Origin: a virus | Lineage: Duplodnaviria > Heunggongvirae > Uroviricota > Caudoviricetes | DNA: 26,102 bases | Strand: one strand, 5' to 3' | Virus record (IMG/VR): IMGVR_UViG_2529292998_000006 | Made by a program: the position numbers and the translations under genes | Notes under the pieces: model-generated | Told to the model about the DNA's origin: nothing | Database searches by the model: none | What the model saw: the letters and a program-made list of their open reading frames with translations, nothing else | Shown: positions 1-7,704 of the stretch, one piece after another | Layout: each line of letters begins with the position of its first letter | How positions within the stretch are numbered: position 1 is the first letter of the stretch

Positions 1-1131
1 TCAAATGACCAGTTTTTTCCACTCCTTACCGCGTACATCGTTGTAAATATCGGTCATTTTTTGATTCGAATGGCCTAGCAAAATTTTGGTATCAACCCCC
101 TGCTCTCTGAACAATCGCTCTGATAAAGATCTCTGCTCATGGAAAGAGGGTGGGGTGCCATTAGCACGCCAGTTGTAATCCACAGAATCCCGGGCTTTTT
201 TAAATGCAACGGTTAATGTTGCTGGCTTAACCATCCCGCCGCGCTTAGCTGTCCCTTTCGCGTGATGGTGGTGCAATAGCCACGGACTAAGAACGCAATC
301 GCGGCAGGATGACACCACATCATCTAGGGTGAGATTTAATTTATCGCAACGCAGAGCCAGAGGGATGGCAATCCGGGTTCCTGTTTTTTGCTGTTCGACA
401 TGAAGATAACCATCCCGGATATCCGAAAATTGCATTTTGCAAATATCTGAAAGGCGCTGGCCTGTCATCAGTGCCAGCAGCATACCGCGCTGTAAAAAGT
501 AACCATCCTTTTCCGCTGCGTTATAAATCATCATCCACTCATCAAAAGTCAGTCGCTGTCTTGATATCCGCACCTGCGGTTTTTTTGCCGATTCTGCAGG
601 GTTAAAGCCTGGCGGGACATCGCCCGTTTGCTGAGCTTCCCGGAAAACATCGATCAGTACTTTCCTGAAAATTTGTCCCATTCTGTTATGTCCTCTGGCC
701 TTGTACTCTTCCAGTACTGATACCACATCTTTTACGGTTATGGCATCTAACGGTCTGGTGCCAAAACGTTCATCAAATACCCTGAGAGGGGCCGCTTTCT
801 GTTTCAGCGTGTTGAGTTTGATCTCGCCGTTTTCATATCTTTCCTGTTGAATTTTTCTGTAATTATTCAGAAAAATGGTAACGGTTGATGAACCGCCGGT
901 ATCACTAATAATTTTCTCCTGCAGACTGAGCATTTGTTCCATTTGCTGCCGGGCAAGACGGCTGTTCGCTTCTGCTGCAATAGTTTCTGCCAGTTTCTGG
1001 TCAATACTGCCGAGACCGTGATTTTTGCCTGTTATGGGATGCCTGTAACGCCAGTAAACTTTGTTATTTCTTTTGTCAAAATACGGAGATAATCCCGGAA
1101 CATCGGTTTTATATTTTCGCGGGCGCGCCAT
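1..1131 (-). CDS. int: Tyrosine recombinase, lambda-family prophage integrase (376 aa)
   Basis: ATG-started 376-aa ORF. C-terminal half carries an H-x-x-R motif (FHEQRSL) and LLGHS...TDIYND with a candidate catalytic Tyr. Sits at the prophage end and overlaps a small excisionase-like gene by 23 nt. Confidence 0.88.
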   Translation of the reverse strand: MARPRKYKTDVPGLSPYFDKRNNKVYWRYRHPITGKNHGLGSIDQKLAETIAAEANSRLARQQMEQMLSLQEKIISDTGGSSTVTIFLNNYRKIQQERYENGEIKLNTLKQKAAPLRVFDERFGTRPLDAITVKDVVSVLEEYKARGHNRMGQIFRKVLIDVFREAQQTGDVPPGFNPAESAKKPQVRISRQRLTFDEWMMIYNAAEKDGYFLQRGMLLALMTGQRLSDICKMQFSDIRDGYLHVEQQKTGTRIAIPLALRCDKLNLTLDDVVSSCRDCVLSPWLLHHHHAKGTAKRGGMVKPATLTVAFKKARDSVDYNWRANGTPPSFHEQRSLSERLFREQGVDTKILLGHSNQKMTDIYNDVRGKEWKKLVI

Positions 1132-1357
1132 CTTCCAGTATCCTCTTCAAAGCAGGGTGATCTGTGGCGATCACCTCCGGCTTGTTTACCATTCCGACAA
1201 AGCGAGCTTGCGGATCCACTCGCCAGCGTCTTCCAACTTTTTTGGGGAGAGGAAATATCATTCCGGCTTTAGCGTATTTACTTAACGTACTCGGAGTAGG
1301 GACCGGTTCACTGAATTCCTCTTTTGCCCACTCAGTGAGCAGAATAAGTCTTGCCAT
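1109..1357 (-). CDS. xis: Excisionase-like small DNA-binding protein (82 aa)
   Basis: Small basic ORF directly upstream of and overlapping int on the same strand, the usual int-xis arrangement. Family is not identified from the sequence itself. Confidence 0.6.
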   Translation of the reverse strand: MARLILLTEWAKEEFSEPVPTPSTLSKYAKAGMIFPLPKKVGRRWRVDPQARFVGMVNKPEVIATDHPALKRILEDGAPAKI

Positions 1358-1421
1358 GAGCGTCGTTCGCTAATCATGGTCGCCGCCACTATAGCTGGTG
1401 GGCAACGACCGGGGTTGAACA

Positions 1422-3893
1422 TTAAAAATCAGCCTGATTTGGGATCAGTTTTTGCCAGATAGCTGAAACGTATTTTGCCTGGTAACGGGCGTCATCAAGT
1501 GCATTATGGCGCTCACCTTCGAATGGAATAGCCGTTCTGGCATCGAAGTCTATGGCTTTCCCCAGCTCAACGATTGTGCGTACATCGCGATCGTTGTAGT
1601 AACGCCACGGGCAGGGGATCCCCTGCCGTTCGTATGAACGGCGCAAAATCGTGTTGTCGAAGTTGGCTCCATTTCCCCAAACCTGAACAAAAAATTCACC
1701 GGAGTTTTCGTCGATAAATTCCCGCAATTGTAACAGTGCATCATCTAACGGGATTTCATCGGTCATAATGGCAGATTGCGCTTCGCGTGATTGCTTAAGC
1801 CACCATTTAATGGTGTCCCGATCAATGACTCCGCCAGCAGTTTCCAGATCGATAGTCTTACTAAATTCCGGTCCCATATCTCCGGTTTGCGGATCGAAAA
1901 ATATTGCACCTATTGAGATGATCGGGGCATCAGGATTTTTTCCCATGGTTTCAAGGTCGATCATTAGATGGTCACACGTCCTGCTGGTGGATGTGATTTC
2001 GTGATGACCGTTCACCTTAATTGAGTGATCTGCCGTCTCGCCAGTTTCATTATCGCTATCGTGATGCTGATTGCCGCCAGTGTTCTCCTTGTGTGGATGT
2101 TCAGCGCCTTCCATTTCCTCCGGATCATCTTCCTGAACTTCAGGCTGATACTCTTCATCGAATGTTTCCTGGTATGTTGCGTCGCCCATTACCGCGCCAC
2201 AATCAGGGCAGTTGCCGCCGCCGGTCTGACCGCAGGCGGTGCAGACTTTTTCCACTTCCTGTTGCGCCACTGATTCAGGCTGTTTCGTTTCTGGCTCGTT
2301 TTGTAACGCATTTGGGCTGTTTTGTTCCGCTTTCTGGTCGTTCTGTTCCGTTTCTTGCTGGTTCTGGTTCACAGAATCGCGGGTCTGGTTCCCCTTAACC
2401 CATTTCGGATCATTCGGGTCGCTAATCCCTTCAACAAATTCACCACGTGATACTGCAAGCAGTTCATCGGCGTCAGGCTGGCTGATATTGGCTGCCTGCA
2501 TAATTTTGTTTACTTCGTCAGCGGTAACTTTTACTGACCCTGGTTGTGCGGTCGTGTCAGATGCACCAGTATTTTGTTGTGAACCTGAGTATGTACCGTT
2601 TTTGCGGGCGAAATATTCTTCTTTCGTGATTTCAGTAGCCCCAGCAGACAGCGCCTTATCCAGACCAGAAAGTTTGTTTGCGCGACCGTATTTTTCGCCA
2701 TCCTTGTCGGTGAAGAGGAAGTAGAACGGCCCCTCACGTTCTACAGATGGTTCGACTTCCACTTTGCATTCGGTTTTTTCGTTGTCCGGAATTGCCGTTT
2801 CCACTGCATCAGTTTCTGGTACTGGCGACGAGAGAGTATCAGTTGCGCTCTGATTTGTTCCTTCATCTTCAAACACGCCCTTTGTAGTCAGGTATTCAGT
2901 AATGTATTTGTTCAGTGCCACAGGGTCTTTGTGAATGTCGATCGGACGTTCACGGACAAGGCCAAAAATAGTCTGGCGGTCGTAGCGAAGGGCATCAGGC
3001 TGTTTGCGCATTGATGCCGAGATACGCTTCCAGTCTTCGCGGTCGTTGTCGATAACTTCATTTTTTGCCCAGCGATGGATGCTGCCGTCAATGTTTCCGG
3101 CATCCACATCACCAGGCCAGAGAGCGTAGGCCAGTTCGTCATCCAGTGTTTTCCATGTCTGCTTGTATTCGCGATGAATGGCAGCAATGACCGGGTTGAT
3201 TTTTCCTGTTGAATTTTCAGTGTGCTGTTGATTGGCTCTGGCGCGGGCGAGATCAACAACAGACGTGTATTTTCCGGCTTCCTTGCGTTCACCTTCGCGA
3301 CGTTTTTTCCAGATGTGCATCTCTGCCTGAATTTCGGGCCATTTGGCACCAGGCTTACATTTATGCTTAACCCACCCGATGGCATGCAGCTTAAGCTCCG
3401 GATACATGGCGTTAACTTCTGGCATTTTCATCAACGCTTCAACGATATGTCCGTCGAATGTTGCCATGTCTTCCTGCAACAGTTCCTGCGCGCTAATCAC
3501 CATATCAACGGTGATGTTTTCACATGTGTCGAACTTAACCATGACAGCGTTCTGTACTTCAGGGGCCAGCTTGTCAAAAGTGACGTTCATCGGATCTGAT
3601 TCAGTCTCAACCGGGACAAAGGAAGCAGACGCCTCATCCCAGCGGTTTTCCTGCATATATTCAGCATCCCAGGAATCTAGGGCAGGGCGGGGTATACCGG
3701 GTTTATCCTCGCAGACAAGAAATTTATAAGCGCAGTCCTGAGCAGCCGGATAATGTTCCAGGAATTGCCAGTGAAATTTTGCGCGGGCGCGACGTTCATC
3801 ACCGGCTTCAATGGCAGTGGCTACAGCGACTGCACCTTCTTCCTTTATTGCCTGTTCGTCCGGAATGGCGGCGCAAATAAAGACTTTACTCAT
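1422..3893 (-). CDS. ydfE: Prophage exonuclease (823 aa, YdfE / 'exodeoxyribonuclease VIII'-like) with a C-terminal DnaQ-like DEDDh 3'-5' exonuclease domain
   Basis: ATG start. C-terminal motifs DLETMG (Exo I), WGNGANFDN (Exo II) and HNALDDARY (Exo III, H-x4-D). Central acidic Q/E/N-rich low-complexity linker containing a CxxC...CxxC motif (VCTACGQTGGGNCPDCG). N-terminus matches my memory of K-12 YdfE, which is interrupted in K-12 and appears full length here. Confidence 0.8.
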   Translation of the reverse strand: MSKVFICAAIPDEQAIKEEGAVAVATAIEAGDERRARAKFHWQFLEHYPAAQDCAYKFLVCEDKPGIPRPALDSWDAEYMQENRWDEASASFVPVETESDPMNVTFDKLAPEVQNAVMVKFDTCENITVDMVISAQELLQEDMATFDGHIVEALMKMPEVNAMYPELKLHAIGWVKHKCKPGAKWPEIQAEMHIWKKRREGERKEAGKYTSVVDLARARANQQHTENSTGKINPVIAAIHREYKQTWKTLDDELAYALWPGDVDAGNIDGSIHRWAKNEVIDNDREDWKRISASMRKQPDALRYDRQTIFGLVRERPIDIHKDPVALNKYITEYLTTKGVFEDEGTNQSATDTLSSPVPETDAVETAIPDNEKTECKVEVEPSVEREGPFYFLFTDKDGEKYGRANKLSGLDKALSAGATEITKEEYFARKNGTYSGSQQNTGASDTTAQPGSVKVTADEVNKIMQAANISQPDADELLAVSRGEFVEGISDPNDPKWVKGNQTRDSVNQNQQETEQNDQKAEQNSPNALQNEPETKQPESVAQQEVEKVCTACGQTGGGNCPDCGAVMGDATYQETFDEEYQPEVQEDDPEEMEGAEHPHKENTGGNQHHDSDNETGETADHSIKVNGHHEITSTSRTCDHLMIDLETMGKNPDAPIISIGAIFFDPQTGDMGPEFSKTIDLETAGGVIDRDTIKWWLKQSREAQSAIMTDEIPLDDALLQLREFIDENSGEFFVQVWGNGANFDNTILRRSYERQGIPCPWRYYNDRDVRTIVELGKAIDFDARTAIPFEGERHNALDDARYQAKYVSAIWQKLIPNQADF

Positions 3894-3985
3894 TTTGTTT
3901 TACCTCATTACAGATTTAAGGGTGAACAAATCCCTGCCATTGCTGGCATATAAGAATGAAACCGGATATTTATTACGGAACTGTT

Positions 3986-4177
3986 TTAAAGACCTGCCGG
4001 GATTTCGTTATTATCCTGGTGAATAACTTTATCGACCGGGTAACAGTTACCGGGAATTTTCTGTTCGGTTGCTGCAGTCACACACTCCTGCATTGTCCTG
4101 TGAACACTGACTGCAATATCAACTGGCTCTCCGGAAACAAGAAAAACTGTCAGAACAAGTGCAAATGCTGTATTCAT
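3986..4177 (-). CDS. ydfD: YdfD-like small membrane/lysis protein (63 aa)
   Basis: ATG at 4177 overlaps the dicB stop (ATGA). Hydrophobic N-terminus (MNTAFALVLTVFLVSG). Position immediately downstream of dicB matches K-12 synteny. Confidence 0.7.
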   Translation of the reverse strand: MNTAFALVLTVFLVSGEPVDIAVSVHRTMQECVTAATEQKIPGNCYPVDKVIHQDNNEIPAGL

Positions 4178-4362
4178 TGTGCACATCCTTTTTGTATCGG
4201 ACGTAAACGGGCCAGCATTGAAAGAATGCATATTTTATTTAATAACTCCCGTTCGTGTTTTCTCTTGTTAATGGCATCTTCAGTAAATACAGGGTTACTG
4301 ATAGTGACACCAATTTCAAAACAACCTTCAGACGTATTAACGTTTGGTAATAACGTTTCCAT
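4174..4362 (-). CDS. dicB: Cell-division inhibitor DicB (62 aa)
   Basis: Protein METLLPNVNTSEGCFEIGVTISNPVFTEDAINKRK...KGCAQ matches recalled DicB nearly end to end. Lies immediately downstream of the DicF sequence. Confidence 0.9.
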   Translation of the reverse strand: METLLPNVNTSEGCFEIGVTISNPVFTEDAINKRKHERELLNKICILSMLARLRPIQKGCAQ

Positions 4363-4540
4363 TATCGCGTCCTCAACAATGAATTTTGTGATGCAGTGCC
4401 TGGTGCCTCCAGGTGACGTTAACCAGTTAACAATTAACGCCGGGTTAGTTGATGCTCGTTACGCCCGTAAAATACCGCCTTACTGCTTTAACTGTTCCGC
4501 GTGCGCTCAGCCGCATTCACCACATCACAAAATTCACTTT

Positions 4541-4598
4541 AAAAAGGGCGGCAGAGCAGTCACGGAGTAAAACTGATACCGCCAAAAGTCACCAGAAA
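4541..4598 (-). ncRNA. dicF: DicF small regulatory RNA with intrinsic terminator
   Basis: Minus-strand sequence UUUCUGGUGACUUUUGGCGGUAUCAGUUUUACUCCGUGACUGCUCUGCCGCCCUUUUU matches recalled DicF. It ends in a GGCGG...CCGCC hairpin followed by a U-run. Confidence 0.85.
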
Positions 4599-4930
4599 AT
4601 TGATAACAGAGGGCGTTGCAGCGGAGTTGTCACTTAAGCGTATGGTCAACCTGACAACCCGGTGTCCTCAACGGGGGAAGGAATAACCCCGCCATACTTA
4701 CCGCCGCGCCATTTCGCGGAGTGCCACAACCGGAAGCGCACGGTCGAACTAAATTTAACGACACCGTACAGAGAGACCAATTTCGCCGTGCGCTTTCGCT
4801 TTATGCCCTGACTTTTCAGGGACATATCCTTTCAGTAAACTGTCAGTGCCGGATGTTCACCCGTGTCCGGCGCACGCACTCCACCTGACCCGTGGAGAAC
4901 TCCTTAATTACCAACCCTCAGGAGGGTGAA

Positions 4931-5209
4931 ATGGATAAAAAGCAAATTGAGGCCCTGCAATCTATTATTGAAAAACAAGATGAAGCTATCAGGATTCTTT
5001 CATATCGCACTGATATGATACTAAATATGCTTTCTGCATTAACGGCTGCGCTTGGTGGTACAAAAACAAACGTATACCGCGAAGTTGTTATTCAACAGAT
5101 AGATAAATTTGAAAAAACCATACCAGGTATTAATGCTCATCTTGCAGAACAAGAGAAAGACCATGCTCTTATGGCAATTTCTTCAGTAGCTCTCCCGAAA
5201 GTTGAGTAG
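4931..5209 (+). CDS. Hypothetical protein (92 aa), opposite strand to the surrounding operon
   Basis: ATG at 4931 preceded by AGGAGGG. The longer GTG-initiated ORF from 4892 is less likely. Coiled-coil-like N-terminus, no recognisable domain. Its 3' end overlaps the 3' end of the 133-aa minus-strand gene by 41 nt. Confidence 0.45.
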   Translation: MDKKQIEALQSIIEKQDEAIRILSYRTDMILNMLSALTAALGGTKTNVYREVVIQQIDKFEKTIPGINAHLAEQEKDHALMAISSVALPKVE

Positions 5210-5570
5210 TTTTAATTGTTGTTTTGAAATAATCACTGCTTTCACATTTGAGTGATTTCATGGCAATCCAAATGCGGGCCTCTGTGCCTGCATTTGGTTC
5301 CAGTTGCTGTAGACGTTTTGCGTCTTCCAAAAGTAAGGCGATAATGTGTTTCAGCTTCTCATCATTTGCTTGATTCTTGTTTTCAGGCGAATTCTGTCCG
5401 CCGAATAGGCGCTTCTCTTCATACAGACCTATAAAGGCACGACGCACGTTACCGGATATAGTATCGATGGTTTCCTTTTCTACAGTACTCAGGTCAAGAG
5501 TCGCCAGTTGAGAGCGAACCACATTCGCTGCCATTTCCTGGAATGGCATTGGTAAATCTTTAAATTCCAT
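5169..5570 (-). CDS. Hypothetical protein (133 aa) within the dicB operon
   Basis: ATG start with GAGG 7 nt upstream. Same strand as ydfC and dicB, between them. No recognisable motif. I do not recall it in the K-12 dicB operon. Confidence 0.55.
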   Translation of the reverse strand: MEFKDLPMPFQEMAANVVRSQLATLDLSTVEKETIDTISGNVRRAFIGLYEEKRLFGGQNSPENKNQANDEKLKHIIALLLEDAKRLQQLEPNAGTEARIWIAMKSLKCESSDYFKTTIKTTQLSGELLKKLP

Positions 5571-5592
5571 TATTAGCCTCGTTGGTTAGCTA

Positions 5593-5811
5593 TTAACGTG
5601 GGTATGTAACCATTCTGGCAATGCTTAATGCCGCTGCTTTTTCCAGCCTGGTGATATCCTGCTCCAGAGCGGACAGATTTTCAGCCTGCTTAGTCCTGGC
5701 TTCATTGGCCCATTTCAGATCCTGCACTGCATTAATTTTCTGGCGCATCCACTCATAAAGTTCATCATCGGTATAGTCTGGCGCGATGATGACGGGTTCT
5801 CGTTTCTGCAT
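5593..5811 (-). CDS. ydfC: YdfC-like protein (72 aa)
   Basis: 72-aa ATG-started ORF in the expected position and of the expected size downstream of ydfB. Confidence 0.65.
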   Translation of the reverse strand: MQKREPVIIAPDYTDDELYEWMRQKINAVQDLKWANEARTKQAENLSALEQDITRLEKAAALSIARMVTYPR

Positions 5812-5840
5812 ACTGATTCCTCGCGGTGCTGTTTCGCTTA

Positions 5841-5969
5841 TCAGCCGTTAGATTTTGCCGAACTGGAAAGCGCCTGTTTAAATTCACTGAAGCTGAGAGC
5901 TTCTTCGCCTTCGGCAAGACCATCGAAGTATTCTTCGTAAGCCTTTTCCATGATTGTGTCGAAATCCAT
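5841..5969 (-). CDS. ydfB: YdfB-like small protein (42 aa)
   Basis: Hand translation of the minus strand gives MDFDTIMEKAYEEYFDGLAEGEEALSFSEFKQALSSSAKSNG. Its start overlaps the ydfA stop (GTGAGTGATATG). Not in the ORF track because it is under 60 aa. Confidence 0.7.
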   Translation of the reverse strand: MDFDTIMEKAYEEYFDGLAEGEEALSFSEFKQALSSSAKSNG

Positions 5970-5970
5970 A

Positions 5971-6126
5971 TCACTCACCTGAGTTTCTTTCCAGCCAGCG
6001 ACGGGCACCATTTTCGGTTTTAAACGTTTTGCTTTTGGTATACGTCATCGCGGTGAATGTGCCGTCCTGGTTGGGAAACACGCCGTACACCAGAGATTCG
6101 TTGTTGCCAAGCTCGATAGTATCCAT
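5971..6126 (-). CDS. ydfA: YdfA-like small protein (51 aa)
   Basis: Hand translation gives MDTIELGNNESLVYGVFPNQDGTFTAMTYTKSKTFKTENGARRWLERNSGE. GAGG lies 6 nt upstream of the ATG. First gene of the leftward dicB operon. Confidence 0.7.
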   Translation of the reverse strand: MDTIELGNNESLVYGVFPNQDGTFTAMTYTKSKTFKTENGARRWLERNSGE

Positions 6127-6197
6127 GCTGACCTCATTTCCCCTTAACGCCGGGTGGCGGAACTAAAACCTACAGCGCCGTGCTGTTCTTGATAGAA

Positions 6198-6226
6198 ATA
6201 TTAGTAACGCGTATATTTTAAGTCAA
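6198..6226 (-). promoter_or_regulatory. Putative sigma70 promoter of the ydfA-dicB operon
   Basis: Minus strand reads TTGACT, 17 nt, TAATAT, about 65 nt upstream of the ydfA ATG. Confidence 0.5.
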
Positions 6227-6323
6227 CAGTATGGCGTATGATATTTTTGATTTGGTAACTATGTAAATGTTTTTTCAAGGGAAAAATATTAGTTATACAG
6301 CTGATTTGCAGAAGTTATGGCAC

Positions 6324-6353
6324 AAAAAAACCGACTAAGACGTCGGTTTTTTT
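6324..6353. terminator. Bidirectional intrinsic terminator
   Basis: A7, then hairpin CCGAC-TAAGAC-GTCGG, then T7. Sits just beyond the stop of the repressor gene at 6380. Confidence 0.6.
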
Positions 6354-6379
6354 GTTGTGGATGGGGTAGTGAGCGGTGG

Positions 6380-6841
6380 CTACTGGTTACGTTTCTTTAG
6401 TGCCAGCATGTTCTCGAAGGCTTCCTCGTAGAGCTTGTTTAGTCCACGTAGCTGGTTAAGGAGTTTGGCTTTTTCTGACGCAGGTAGAATCTCGAAGAGG
6501 TTAAGTAACTCTGCCTGTTCTTCATTGACCAGCCTCCATCCTTTGCCTGAAAAGTTATCATCATAAGTATCTGATGATCTTACATAATTCATTAAGTCTT
6601 TAAGGTCTTCTCGAATGTCCTCTGGTTTTACCTTTAACAGAGCCGCAAATTTTAGCGCAGCGTCGGTATTTACCGGTATCTTGCCGTTCAGATACTGGCT
6701 AACGGTGCCTTGAGATTCGAATCCCAACAACTCAGCCGCCAGCTCTTGAGTCAGCTTCAGCTCTTTTTTTCTTGCATTCCATGCGGCTTTTAAATTCTTG
6801 CTCGCTTCTGGAGTTGCAATCACTTCGCGTGTTTTTTTCAT
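6380..6841 (-). CDS. XRE-family HTH repressor, DicA/CI-like (153 aa)
   Basis: HTH segment LTQELAAELLGFESQGTVSQYLNG. C-terminal region (EQAELLNLFEILPASEKAKLL...LNKLYEEAF) resembles the recalled C-terminus of DicA. Divergent from a Cro-like gene. Confidence 0.75.
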   Translation of the reverse strand: MKKTREVIATPEASKNLKAAWNARKKELKLTQELAAELLGFESQGTVSQYLNGKIPVNTDAALKFAALLKVKPEDIREDLKDLMNYVRSSDTYDDNFSGKGWRLVNEEQAELLNLFEILPASEKAKLLNQLRGLNKLYEEAFENMLALKKRNQ

Positions 6842-6873
6842 ACATAGAGTTTATTTGTTTTACCAATATTATC

Positions 6874-6918
6874 AAAGATAGTCTGGCTATTGATCTTTAA
6901 AATTAGCGGGGCTAATAT
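6874..6918 (+). promoter_or_regulatory. Putative rightward promoter with overlapping inverted repeat (candidate operator)
   Basis: TTGATC (6890-6895), 17 nt, TAATAT (6913-6918), upstream of the Cro-like ATG at 6949. Inverted repeat AAAGAT...ATCTTT (6874-6879 and 6893-6898) overlaps the -35. Confidence 0.45.
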
Positions 6919-6948
6919 TTGCTCGAGGCATAACGTAGAAGGTTGGCT

Positions 6949-7224
6949 ATGAACTTAAGAGACTATTTAAAAGAGAAACATATCACCCAGCTACAGTTTG
7001 GGAAGCTAACGGGTTTATCTCAGGTGCATGTAAGTCGAGTGCTGGGGGGCTATGAAAGATTCAGCCCTGAAAAAGCATTACGTGTTGCTGAAGTAACGAA
7101 TTTCGAGGTTACACCTCATGAACTCCGGCCTGATATTTACCCGAATCCAACCGACGGCTTACCTGTTGGATTCAAGGCTAACACACCAAATGCATCGGAG
7201 TTGATTCATGAAAATCAGGCATGA
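6949..7224 (+). CDS. Cro-like HTH protein, YdaS/DicC-like (91 aa)
   Basis: ATG at 6949 with a purine-rich SD. The track ORF starts at TTG 6943. HTH-like LTGLSQVHVSRVLGG, then VTPHELRPDIYPNP. Divergent from the repressor. Confidence 0.65.
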   Translation: MNLRDYLKEKHITQLQFGKLTGLSQVHVSRVLGGYERFSPEKALRVAEVTNFEVTPHELRPDIYPNPTDGLPVGFKANTPNASELIHENQA

Positions 7225-7633
7225 GCACATCCGCATGGCGATGAATGCCTGGGCGCATCCGGACGGTGAAAAAGTTCCGGCAGCTGAAATAACCCGGGCT
7301 TATTTTGAGCTTGGTATGACGTTCCCGGAATTATATGACGACAGCCATCCGGAAGCCCTGGCTCGCAATACCCAGAAAATTTTCCGCTGGGTGGAGAAAG
7401 ACACTCCTGATGCGGTTAAAAAAATTCAGGCGTTGTTACCAGCGATCGAAAAAGCAATGCCGCCTCTGCTGGTGGCCCGAATGCGCAGCCACAGTTCAGC
7501 TTATTTTCGGGAGCTGGTGGAGACGCGGGAACGACTGGTGAGAGACGCTGATGATTTTGTCGCAGTGGCGATCGCTGGTTTCAACCAGATGAATCGTGGT
7601 GGCCCTGCAGGAAATATTGTGGCTGTGCATTGA
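7208..7633 (+). CDS. CII-like / YdaT-like regulatory protein (141 aa)
   Basis: Begins MKIRHEHI. Starts inside the 3' end of the Cro-like gene, in the position a CII analogue would occupy. Assignment to the YdaT family is from memory. Confidence 0.55.
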   Translation: MKIRHEHIRMAMNAWAHPDGEKVPAAEITRAYFELGMTFPELYDDSHPEALARNTQKIFRWVEKDTPDAVKKIQALLPAIEKAMPPLLVARMRSHSSAYFRELVETRERLVRDADDFVAVAIAGFNQMNRGGPAGNIVAVH

Positions 7634-7704
7634 CTCGCAATATTCATACCGGATCACTTCCGGCAATTTGTGAGTAAAAAGATTCGGTATCAGAAGAGGT
7701 GAGT

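Noticed and set aside
1768-3729. Several plus-strand ORFs of 78-161 aa (1768-2004, 2021-2398, 2025-2273, 2239-2724, 3222-3599, 3343-3729) and minus-strand ORFs at 2531-2737 and 2912-3385
   Set aside because: All lie inside or antisense to the 823-aa exonuclease gene. Their translations are Cys/Ser/Arg-rich and low-complexity with no SD, so they are shadow ORFs of a GC-rich gene.
3956-4570. 204-aa plus-strand ORF
   Set aside because: Antisense to ydfD, dicB and the DicF RNA. Cys-rich nonsense-like translation, and no start context.
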